A stretch of DNA of 17,858 bases, taken from positions 1 to 17,858 of the forward strand of contig CAWHCQ010000041.1 in assembly GCA_963827755.1 (NCBI GenBank), given 5' to 3'. The DNA comes from an uncultured Gammaproteobacteria bacterium. Its GTDB lineage: Bacteria; Pseudomonadota; Gammaproteobacteria; UBA9214. The position numbers were made by a program, and so were the translations under genes. The notes beneath the pieces are model-generated. The model was not told the DNA's origin, made no database searches, and saw only the letters and a list, made by a program, of their open reading frames with translations. Shown one piece after another: positions 8,228-17,858 of the stretch; position 1 is the first letter of the stretch, and every line of letters begins with the position of its first letter.

Positions 8228-11059
8228 CTACACACCAGTCAGACCGTTATAGGCTGTCTTGTAAGCCTCGATCACCATGTAGTCCAGCGGCTTGGGCCTG
8301 GATATCCCGTAACCCTGTGCATAATCGACGCCGATCGCTGCAAGCTTCTCCAGTATTTCGTCATTTTCAACAAATTCAGCAATCGTCTTTATGCCGACCA
8401 GACTGCCAAGCTGGTGTATGGCGCTCACCATTGCACAGTCAACGGCATCGGATTCCATGTTCCTGACGAAACCTCCGTCGATCTTGAGGTAATCAACAGG
8501 AAGGTTTTTCAGATACGCAAACGAACTCAGGCCGCTGCCAAAATCATCCAGTGAAAACCGGCAACCGGCTTTCTTCAGGGCGCTTATAAAGTTCACCGCT
8601 GCATCCATGTTTGCAATAGCAGCTGTTTCGGTTATCTCAAAACAAATTCTTCGCGGATCCACTTTATACGCCTGTAATTCGTCCCTGATATATTTCATAA
8701 AATCATTATCTGTGACCGAGGCCCCGGACAGGTTGATCGACATGGTATCCAGCTTGCCCGCCTCGATTGCAGCCCTGTTTTCTGCATACCAGGCAAAAGA
8801 ATGGCTTACCACCCATCGATCAAGACTGGTAATCATGTGGTAGCGCTCCGCTGCGGGCAGAAAGATGTCCGGGGGAACAATATCCCCGTTGGCGTCCAGC
8901 ATCCTCACCAGTACTTCAAAATGACAGCCGGCATCATCATCCTGACCGACCGGAACTATTTCCTGGCAATAGAGCACAAGCCTGTCTGCCTCTATCGCTG
9001 CGGTCAGTTTTGACACCCACTGCATTTCAGTATGTCGCCGCGCCAGCTCCTGGTCGCTCGACTCGTATAGATGCAGCCGGTTACCGCCCATATCCTTCGC
9101 TGCATAGCAGGCCAGGTCCGCTGCACTCATTACACCGGTGACACTTGCCGACTCCTTGTCCACGTAAACCATGCCGATACTCGCACTCGTTTCAAGGCAA
9201 ACATCGGCAGCGGCGAGTTTCATCCCTCTGACAGCCGCGAGCATGCTATCCGCGAGAACAACAGCATCATCCAGGGAACAGTTCATCAACAGCACCCCGA
9301 ACTCATCACCCCCCAGCCTCGCCAGGATATCGGAATCTCTCAGGCATGACTGCAATGCACCTGTAATCCCGATGAGCATCTTGTCGCCGGCGTCATGGCT
9401 GCAGGTATCATTTACCAGCTTGAACTGATCGATATTCAGGCAACACAGCACATTGTTTTCACTTCCGGAGCCTGTTGACCTGATTAGCTGGTCAAGTTGA
9501 ACTTCAAATTCACGCCGGTTTATCAGGCCGGTGAGCGAGTCATGCGTTGCCTGGTGCGAAATCTTTCTTTGCAGCCTGCGTGTTTCTGTAACATCAGTGA
9601 AGACAATAATTACACCCAGCGCGTCACCTTCTTTATTCTTGATGGGTGAGATGGAATACTGGATGGAAAATGTCTCACCATCATGCCGTCTCAGGCCATT
9701 GTCTTTACCGGACTTGACGGCCTCGGCACTAGCCAGGCAACGGTTGACAGGATTTTCGATTGATTCGCGGCTATCTTCATCAAACAGGCAGAACACCCTG
9801 GAGATCGGCAGTCCACGGGCAATTTCATTCACCCAGCCTGTCAGGCGCTCCGCCATTGGATTGAGATATTCAATCTGCCCATTCACGTCCGTTGTAATTA
9901 CCGCATCTGCAATTGAATGCAGCGTAACATGGACACGGTCCCTTTCCTGCTGCAATTCGAACTCGGTTCGCTTCCGGTCTGTTATGTCGAGCAGATAGCC
10001 GGAAAAATGGGTAACTTCCCCGATTTTATTGATGACCGGCACGATGTAATCGTACACCCAGCGTACATCACCATCCGCACACAGCAGGCGGTAGTCAAGA
10101 CCGAGGGACATAACCCCGTTCCGGCCAACCATTATTTCTGTCTCCTCGACCCGTTGCAAATCACCTGGATGAATGAAATCCGCAAAGGGCATCTGCTGCC
10201 TGACGATTTTGTCAGCATCGTAGCCAAAACCGGAAACCGTTTCGGAAATGTATTCAACAGGCCAGCCACTCTCGGCGCGGCAGCGGTATACAATCACCGG
10301 GCCATCAATAAAAAGCCGTCTTTCCTGCAGTAATTCATTCTCTGCTTCCTGCCGGGTTGAGATTTCTGTTTCAAGGGAAGCATTCGACAAAGCCATCTTG
10401 CTCAAAAGGTCCTGATGCTCGTGACGCAGCTCCAGTGACTTGATAATGCTTTTAAAGGTATTACGCGAGATTACCAGCAGGGCGCCGCCGCCAAGCAGAA
10501 ACAGCAGCCCCAGCATGCTCTGGCCCCACGTGCTCTGGGTTAAAAGGGACTGCGTAAAAACAAGGATCGAAGGCGCCATGAAGGCAACATAGATCGCGGT
10601 GATTGCCGAGTAGGACGCGACTGCACCCGCCTGCAAGCCGATCATGCAAATGATCACGAATACCTGGTATTCCGCATCCCAGCTGGAACTGTATACCAGG
10701 CCGATGCAGCCCCATGCGATTCCGGAAAAAAGTGTTCCGAGCAGGAACATTCTTTCCCATTGCGGATCATCGCGCGCATCTGACCCGGCCGACCGGAAGC
10801 GATAAACATGCCACATACGCACGCCTGTGAGCAGCAGCTGCACCCCTGACCAGGCAAGCAGATATGCATGCCCGGCCACGCCCCAGAGACCCACGGTGAG
10901 CACCAGCGCAGCAATAAATGCCGCACTGATCGCGGCAGGAGCCTGCGCAAAGACAAGCTCGATTTGCTGCTGACGTACAGTGAGCCCTGCTGCGGGCACA
11001 CCGACTTCAACCAGCGGGGCCTCGGGCAAATCTGGCGGGTTTTCCTGAGTGCGTTTCAT
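8228..11059 (-). CDS. Membrane-bound PAS-PAS-GGDEF-EAL c-di-GMP signalling protein
   Basis: 943 aa: N-terminal multi-TM sensor, two PAS/PAC domains (IHPGD; DAVITTD...YLNP), HDSLTGLINRR, RLGGDEF, EVLVRM, FEITET, DDFGSG, KIDG, AEFVE and QGY. Confidence 0.95.
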   Translation of the reverse strand: MKRTQENPPDLPEAPLVEVGVPAAGLTVRQQQIELVFAQAPAAISAAFIAALVLTVGLWGVAGHAYLLAWSGVQLLLTGVRMWHVYRFRSAGSDARDDPQWERMFLLGTLFSGIAWGCIGLVYSSSWDAEYQVFVIICMIGLQAGAVASYSAITAIYVAFMAPSILVFTQSLLTQSTWGQSMLGLLFLLGGGALLVISRNTFKSIIKSLELRHEHQDLLSKMALSNASLETEISTRQEAENELLQERRLFIDGPVIVYRCRAESGWPVEYISETVSGFGYDADKIVRQQMPFADFIHPGDLQRVEETEIMVGRNGVMSLGLDYRLLCADGDVRWVYDYIVPVINKIGEVTHFSGYLLDITDRKRTEFELQQERDRVHVTLHSIADAVITTDVNGQIEYLNPMAERLTGWVNEIARGLPISRVFCLFDEDSRESIENPVNRCLASAEAVKSGKDNGLRRHDGETFSIQYSISPIKNKEGDALGVIIVFTDVTETRRLQRKISHQATHDSLTGLINRREFEVQLDQLIRSTGSGSENNVLCCLNIDQFKLVNDTCSHDAGDKMLIGITGALQSCLRDSDILARLGGDEFGVLLMNCSLDDAVVLADSMLAAVRGMKLAAADVCLETSASIGMVYVDKESASVTGVMSAADLACYAAKDMGGNRLHLYESSDQELARRHTEMQWVSKLTAAIEADRLVLYCQEIVPVGQDDDAGCHFEVLVRMLDANGDIVPPDIFLPAAERYHMITSLDRWVVSHSFAWYAENRAAIEAGKLDTMSINLSGASVTDNDFMKYIRDELQAYKVDPRRICFEITETAAIANMDAAVNFISALKKAGCRFSLDDFGSGLSSFAYLKNLPVDYLKIDGGFVRNMESDAVDCAMVSAIHQLGSLVGIKTIAEFVENDEILEKLAAIGVDYAQGYGISRPKPLDYMVIEAYKTAYNGLTGV

Positions 11060-11111
11060 CTGTCTGGATTGATTTCAGATGCCGGTTGCGAGAAATATAG
11101 TCACCTAGGGG

Positions 11112-11138
11112 CTATCGGCCGGAATCCGGAAACACTGA
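11112..11138 (-). promoter_or_regulatory. Candidate sigma-28 (FliA) promoter of the GGDEF-EAL gene
   Basis: Minus strand reads TCAG-N15-GCCGATAG versus consensus TAAA-N15-GCCGATAA, ending 52 nt before the ATG. Confidence 0.55.
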
Positions 11139-11250
11139 ACCTTGCACAGCCGGCCGGGGCCCAGCCCCCGGAATACCCGCCCGGCAGGCGCAGGTGACGC
11201 TGCAAGCTCATGTATTTTATATGATTTCAGGGGGGAATACGGCCGCGGGA

Positions 11251-11298
11251 ATGAAGAGGGCAAAAGGCAAAAAAAGTGAAGGGTGAGAAGTGAAGAGT
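11251..11298. repeat. Degenerate heptamer arm, inverted relative to the adjacent array
   Basis: ...AAAAGTGAAGG GTGAGAA GTGAAGA GT. GTGAGAAGTGAA (11283-11294) is the exact reverse complement of 11324-11335. Confidence 0.8.
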
Positions 11299-11324
11299 AC
11301 GATGGGGGTGAAGCCCGCCACCAT

Positions 11325-11449
11325 TCACTTCTCACTCTCACTTCTCACTTCTCACTCTCACTTCTCACTTCTCACTTCTCACTTCTCACTTCTCACTTCT
11401 CACTTCTCACCTCTCACCTCTCACTTCTCACCTTTTCACTTTTCACTTC
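11325..11449. repeat. Heptanucleotide tandem array (TCACTTC)x18
   Basis: 18 TCAC-cored units counted by hand: 12 exact TCACTTC (seven consecutive at 11358-11406), two 6-nt TCACTC, two TCACCTC, one TCACCTTT and one TCACTTT. Confidence 0.97.
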
Positions 11450-11947
11450 TTTACCCGCCCCGGTCTCCACCGGGAAATCTGCAAAGGTGTCCCTCACCCG
11501 CCGCGACATCAACAGGTAGACGGTGATCAACACGGCTATGACCAGCTGGCCCCAGCCGAGCAGGTTGATGTGGTAGGCCATACCGACAAGCGAGGGCACA
11601 AAGACAATCACGATATTCAATACCGCCGTCAACAGCAGCAGCTTGCCGCTGATGCGCCAGAGTGCACGGATATAATCCGGCGCCTCCGGTTTGCGCTTCA
11701 TGTAGGCATAAATAACCAGGAATACCGGCAGGGTCGCCAGGATTGCCAGGAAGAACCCGAAGTCATGCGGGTAAACGAGGTCTTTCAGGCCGCTGACACT
11801 TTTTGATTTTGCTCCAAAGCCCATCTGTATGGTTGAGGCCTTCAGGATCAACGGCCTCATGAAATAGGCAATGATCAGCCAGAGTTCAAAATTTATTTTC
11901 AGGGACAGATATTTGTCGTAATCAGAGAAATTATAAAGTTTCGACAT
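11414..11947 (-). CDS. DUF2919 (YfeZ-like) inner membrane protein
   Basis: YxxxDYD...LK N-terminus, LVYP motif, about 4 TM helices, and [16 protein letters not shown] near the C-terminus. Start reassigned to ATG 11947 (177 aa). Confidence 0.75.
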   Translation of the reverse strand: MSKLYNFSDYDKYLSLKINFELWLIIAYFMRPLILKASTIQMGFGAKSKSVSGLKDLVYPHDFGFFLAILATLPVFLVIYAYMKRKPEAPDYIRALWRISGKLLLLTAVLNIVIVFVPSLVGMAYHINLLGWGQLVIAVLITVYLLMSRRVRDTFADFPVETGAGKEVKSEKVRSER

Positions 11948-12040
11948 TACCGGATTCCCGTAACATTCATGCAAGTGGTGCTGATAACCCCGGCATTTAA
12001 TCACAAGTCAACAATAACGTCAGCCCGGGATTGAACCCCG

Positions 12041-12074
12041 AAAAATAAAAAAAGGCGACCGAGGCCGCCTTTTT
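12041..12074 (-). terminator. Rho-independent terminator of the fba operon (possibly bidirectional)
   Basis: Minus strand AAAAAGGCGGC-CTCG-GTCGCC-TTTTTTTATTTTT, about 20 nt after the fba stop. Confidence 0.9.
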
Positions 12075-12093
12075 CAATGCAGATCCGGCTGCC

Positions 12094-13158
12094 CTAGTTC
12101 ACAGTCGGATCAAGCTCACCACTTTCATAGCGCTTGAACATATCTTCCAGGTTGATCGGCTTGATCCTGGAGGCATTGCCCGCCGTACCAAAGGCCTCGT
12201 AACGCGCCCTGCAGACATCCCGCATCCCGTCAGTCGCCGCTCTCAGGTATTTGCGCGGATCGAAATTTGAAGGGTTGTCATGCAGGTGCTTGCGGATCGC
12301 ACCGGTGGAGGCCATGCGCAGGTCGGTATCGATATTGACCTTGCGAACCCCGTGCTTGATGCCTTCCTGGATCTCTTCGACCGGTACACCATAGGTTTCA
12401 CCCATGTCGCCGCCGTGGTCATTGATCATCTTCAGCCAGTCCTGCGGCACCGAGGAGGAACCATGCATCACCAGGTGGGTGTCCGGGATACGCTTGTGTA
12501 TCTCCTTGACCCGTTCGATCGCAAGAATTTCGCCGGTCGGCGGACGCGTGAACTTGTAGGCACCGTGGCTGGTACCAATCGCTATCGCCAGGGCATCACA
12601 CTTGGTGTCTTCCACGAACTTGGCTGCCTCTTCCGGATCGGTCAGCAGCTGGTCATGTGTCAACTTGCCTTCTGCACCGGAACCGTCCTCTTCACCGGCC
12701 ATGCCGGTTTCCAGCGAACCCAGGCAACCCAGCTCACCCTCGACGGACACGCCGCAGGCATGGGCCATCTCCACCGTGCGCCGGGTAACATCAACGTTGT
12801 ACTCGAAGCTCATCGGCGTCTTCATGTCCGGACCGAGCGAACCATCCATCATTACCGAGCTGAAACCCAGCTGTATGGAGCGTTGACAGACCGAAGGGGA
12901 CGCGCCGTGATCCTGGTGGACAACGACCGGGATGTGCGGCCATTGCTCGATAGCCGCCTGGATCAGGTGACGCAGGAAAGGCGCGCCGGCGTAGGAACGC
13001 GCACCGGCCGATGCCTGGCAGATAACCGGGCTGTCGGTCTCATGGGCTGCTTCCATGATGGCGTGCATCTGTTCCATGTTATTGACGTTATAGGCCGGTA
13101 CCCCGTAGCCGTTTTCGGCGGCGTGGTCCAGCAACTGGCGTAACGATATAAGGGCCAT
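12094..13158 (-). CDS. fba: Class II fructose-bisphosphate aldolase (CbbA-like subtype)
   Basis: [40 protein letters not shown] and KVNIDTD. RBS AGGAGA. Confidence 0.97.
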   Translation of the reverse strand: MALISLRQLLDHAAENGYGVPAYNVNNMEQMHAIMEAAHETDSPVICQASAGARSYAGAPFLRHLIQAAIEQWPHIPVVVHQDHGASPSVCQRSIQLGFSSVMMDGSLGPDMKTPMSFEYNVDVTRRTVEMAHACGVSVEGELGCLGSLETGMAGEEDGSGAEGKLTHDQLLTDPEEAAKFVEDTKCDALAIAIGTSHGAYKFTRPPTGEILAIERVKEIHKRIPDTHLVMHGSSSVPQDWLKMINDHGGDMGETYGVPVEEIQEGIKHGVRKVNIDTDLRMASTGAIRKHLHDNPSNFDPRKYLRAATDGMRDVCRARYEAFGTAGNASRIKPINLEDMFKRYESGELDPTVN

Positions 13159-13265
13159 TTCTCTCTCCTGTAAACCAAAGTGTTTACCATTAATAAAAAA
13201 ATCAAACTACTGCAGGCTGTTCCAGCCATCTTCGTAATACCGTGATAATACCCTATAAAATGGAA

Positions 13266-14711
13266 TCACTGATCCATTATTTCGTGCTCACCCACCCTGA
13301 TGATCTTCATCGCATTGGTGCCGCCATGCACACCCACCAGATCACCCTTGGTAATAATAACCAGGTCGCCGTCACGCACTGCACCGCGTCGCATCAGCTC
13401 ATCAATTGCCTCTTTATTGATAGTCGCATGGTCGGCACTGGTGACGTCAAAACTCACCGGGTAAACACCCCGGTACAAGGTAACCCTTCTGCGTGTTTCA
13501 ACATGCCGCGTCATCGCGTAGATAGGTATGCCAGACCTGATACGCGACATCCACAGCGGCGTTGCACCGGACTCGGTCAAGGCCACTATCGCCTTCACAC
13601 CCAGGCTGTTTGCAGTGTACATGGTCGCCCTTGCAATCGCCTCGTCGGCCCGCTTGACCTGCATATTCATACGCCGCTCCGAGGCCAGCCGGGTACGCTG
13701 GCGTTCGGCGCCGGCACAAATCCTGTCCATCGCCTCGATTACCTTCGCGGGGTATTTGCCGGTTGCCGTCTCCGATGAAAGCATCACCGCATCGGTTCCA
13801 TCGATCACGGCGTTGGCCACATCAAACACTTCTGCACGGGTCGGTATCGGGCTGGCAACCATTGACTGCATCATCTGTGTAGCGGTTATCACAACACGAT
13901 CATGCTCACGCGCAACCGATATAATATTTTTTTGTACGGCCGGCAACTCTTCATCGCCGATTTCAACACCCAGGTCGCCGCGTGCGATCATGATCACATC
14001 GGCGGCCTCGATGATCTCGTTTAGATTCTCCAGCGCCTCCGCGCGCTCGATCTTGGCAACAATGCCCCCATGGCCACCGGCTGCCCTGAGCAGCTCACGT
14101 GCCTGGTGAATATCATCGGCACAACGCGGAAACGAGACAGCAACATAATCAGCGTCCATTTTTGCGGCTATCTCTATGTCCTTCCTGTCCTTGGCGGTCA
14201 AGGCACCTGCTGACAGGCCACCTCCCTTGCGGTTAATCCCCTTGCTATTGGTCAACACTCCCCCGACAACGACGCGGCACTGTATCTCGGCCCCCTTGAC
14301 CTCCTCGACCCAGAGAACCAGCAAACCGTCATCGAGCAGCAGCGTATCACCACGACGAACGTCATCGGCCAGCGCCTTGTAGGTCAGTCCGACGCGCTCA
14401 TCTGTTCCGGCAGCCGGTCCGAGCCCTGCATCGAGGATAAACTGGTCACCCTCCTCGAGGTTCACCCTGCCCGACTCGAAACTCTCTATGCGTATCTTGG
14501 GTCCCTGCAAATCCACAAGCACACCAACCTGGTGACCAATCGCACGAGCGCGATTGCGCACTTCCTCGGCACGTACAATATGGTCGTCCGTGTTGCCATG
14601 AGAAAAATTGAACCTGACCACATCCATGCCTGCATGGATCATGTCATCAAGCACTTGCTGATCTTCCGTAGCGGGACCGAGGGTTGCTACGATCTTGGTG
14701 CGTCTTGGCAT
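13266..14711 (-). CDS. pyk: Pyruvate kinase (PykA-like)
   Basis: RRTKIVATLGPA, RFNFSHG, DLQGPKIR, AKIER, ARGDLGVE, ATQMM, PTRAEV and DAVMLS. Confidence 0.97.
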   Translation of the reverse strand: MPRRTKIVATLGPATEDQQVLDDMIHAGMDVVRFNFSHGNTDDHIVRAEEVRNRARAIGHQVGVLVDLQGPKIRIESFESGRVNLEEGDQFILDAGLGPAAGTDERVGLTYKALADDVRRGDTLLLDDGLLVLWVEEVKGAEIQCRVVVGGVLTNSKGINRKGGGLSAGALTAKDRKDIEIAAKMDADYVAVSFPRCADDIHQARELLRAAGGHGGIVAKIERAEALENLNEIIEAADVIMIARGDLGVEIGDEELPAVQKNIISVAREHDRVVITATQMMQSMVASPIPTRAEVFDVANAVIDGTDAVMLSSETATGKYPAKVIEAMDRICAGAERQRTRLASERRMNMQVKRADEAIARATMYTANSLGVKAIVALTESGATPLWMSRIRSGIPIYAMTRHVETRRRVTLYRGVYPVSFDVTSADHATINKEAIDELMRRGAVRDGDLVIITKGDLVGVHGGTNAMKIIRVGEHEIMDQ

Positions 14712-14754
14712 GCTGTCAGTTGTCTGTGGTTATCGGGAAGTTTGAACCGGGTAT

Positions 14755-15933
14755 TTACTTCGCACGCGTCTCGAGTATTTCGACAGCAGGAAGTGTTTTA
14801 CCCTCGAGAAACTCAAGGAACGCACCCCCGCCTGTTGAAATGTATGAAACCCTGCTTGCAATACCATACTTGTCCACGGCTGCCAGCGTGTCTCCACCGC
14901 CGGCAATCGAAAATGCATCCGATTCGGCAATTGCCAGGCCCAGCGTACGGGTGCCCTCGCCAAACTGGTCAAATTCAAACACGCCAACCGGCCCGTTCCA
15001 GACGATGGTCCCGGCACTCTTCATCATCTTTGCAAAGCGTGCAGCCGTCTCCGGCCCGATATCGAAAATCATGTCGTCATCGGCAACATCGCCGACCTGT
15101 TTGACGACGGCCTCGGCAGATTCCGAAAACTCCTTGCCAACCACGACGTCTGTCGGCACCGGGATCTCGCCGCCCTTCGCCTTTGCCGCTTCCATCAGGC
15201 GCTTCGCCTCGGGGACCAGGTCTGCCTCGTACAGGGACTTGCCAACATTATGACCGCAGGCGGCGATAAATGTATTGGCAATACCGCCGCCGGGAATCAG
15301 CTGGTCGACAATCTGCGAAAGCGCCTCGAGCACCGTCAGCTTGGTCGACACCTTGGAGCCACCGACAATGGCGGCCATGGGACGTTTTGGATTGTCCAGT
15401 GCCTTGCCCAGCGCATCGAGTTCTCCTGCAAGCAGTGGTCCTGCACAGGCAACCGGCGCATACTTCGCAACGCCATGAGTAGATGCCTGGGCACGATGCG
15501 CCGTTCCGAATGCATCCATCACGTAGACATCGCAAAGTGCGGCCATCTTTTTCGAAAGCGCGTCGTCGTTCTTCATTTCGCCCGTATTGAAACGGACGTT
15601 CTCGCACAATACGACGTCGCCGTCTTTCATCTCGCCGACGCCGTCGACCCAGTCCTTGACCAGCTTGACCTCGCGGCCCAGCAGGCCGGCCATGTGAGTG
15701 GCCACCGGGGCGAGTGAAAACTGCTCGTCGTATTCACCCTCAACAGGACGGCCCAGGTGTGACATCACCATTACCCTGGCACCTGCTTTCACGGCCATTT
15801 CAATGGTCGGAAGCGAGGCAAGAATGCGCTTGTCGCTGCTGACCTTGCCATCCTTGATCGGCACGTTCAGATCCTGGCGAATCAGAACGCGCTTACCGGC
15901 AAGATCCAGATCGGTCATCTTGATTACAGACAT
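14755..15933 (-). CDS. pgk: Phosphoglycerate kinase
   Basis: [41 protein letters not shown] and STGGGAFLE. Start ATG 15933 with GGAG RBS. Confidence 0.97.
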   Translation of the reverse strand: MSVIKMTDLDLAGKRVLIRQDLNVPIKDGKVSSDKRILASLPTIEMAVKAGARVMVMSHLGRPVEGEYDEQFSLAPVATHMAGLLGREVKLVKDWVDGVGEMKDGDVVLCENVRFNTGEMKNDDALSKKMAALCDVYVMDAFGTAHRAQASTHGVAKYAPVACAGPLLAGELDALGKALDNPKRPMAAIVGGSKVSTKLTVLEALSQIVDQLIPGGGIANTFIAACGHNVGKSLYEADLVPEAKRLMEAAKAKGGEIPVPTDVVVGKEFSESAEAVVKQVGDVADDDMIFDIGPETAARFAKMMKSAGTIVWNGPVGVFEFDQFGEGTRTLGLAIAESDAFSIAGGGDTLAAVDKYGIASRVSYISTGGGAFLEFLEGKTLPAVEILETRAK

Positions 15934-15965
15934 GGGCGACTCCATAAGAAATTATTCAGAGTTGA

Positions 15966-15999
15966 CTGCCAGTCAGCGGTTGATGCCGCTGACTGGCAG
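15966..15999. other. Perfect 14-bp intercistronic hairpin between gap and pgk
   Basis: CTGCCAGTCAGCGG-N6-CCGCTGACTGGCAG, with no U-tract on either strand. Confidence 0.85.
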
Positions 16000-16031
16000 C
16001 TGATGGCTGTTTCAGCAGCTGACAGGTCTGT

Positions 16032-17858
<1,827 letters not shown>

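Noticed and set aside
11060-11250. c-di-GMP riboswitch upstream of the GGDEF-EAL gene
   Set aside because: GC-rich stems exist but I could not recognise a GEMM-type motif. An Rfam/Infernal scan would be decisive.
11325-11449. CRISPR array
   Set aside because: Contiguous 7-nt units with no spacers, and no cas genes.
11283-11526. Two 78-aa ORFs with LLTSHFS repeats
   Set aside because: They are translations of the heptamer array and run antisense to DUF2919.
8228-12040. Horizontally acquired island (looks somewhat less GC-rich by eye)
   Set aside because: GC content was not computed, the neighbouring pyk looks similar, and there is no integrase, tRNA or target duplication.
14712-14735. Faint 7-nt periodicity upstream of pyk and GCTGA repeats at 15988-16025
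   Set aside because: Only 2-3 degenerate units, indistinguishable from chance.

Overview
This looks like a chromosomal segment from a fairly GC-rich proteobacterium, most plausibly a sulfur-oxidising or autotrophic Gammaproteobacterium. That assignment is an inference from the tkt-gap-pgk-pyk-fba cluster and a probable HdrB C-terminus. From left to right: 3' end of a probable hdrB plus terminator; DoxX protein (+); DUF3047 protein (-, probably frameshifted near its N-terminus); sdaA (-); a GTAG-type REP; chrA-mtgA (+); a stand-alone DUF2652 cyclase-fold protein (+); lipoprotein-djlA-srkA (+); a membrane PAS-PAS-GGDEF-EAL protein (-) with a candidate sigma-28 promoter; an 18-unit heptamer array with an inverted arm; a DUF2919 membrane protein (-); and fba-pyk-pgk-gap-tkt (-, tkt partial). 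I found no transposase, integrase, phage gene, CRISPR array, tRNA or rRNA. Most genes are ordinary and I cannot demonstrate a new system. The best leads are: (1) a chain of stop/start overlaps through two unannotated micro-ORFs linking djlA and srkA; (2) the heptamer array and inverted arm, which supply the DUF2919 stop codon and sit upstream of the c-di-GMP gene; (3) the DUF2652 protein with its own promoter and direct-repeat site; (4) the partly degenerate GGDEF domain under possible FliA control. All family calls come from motif recognition; no searches were run.
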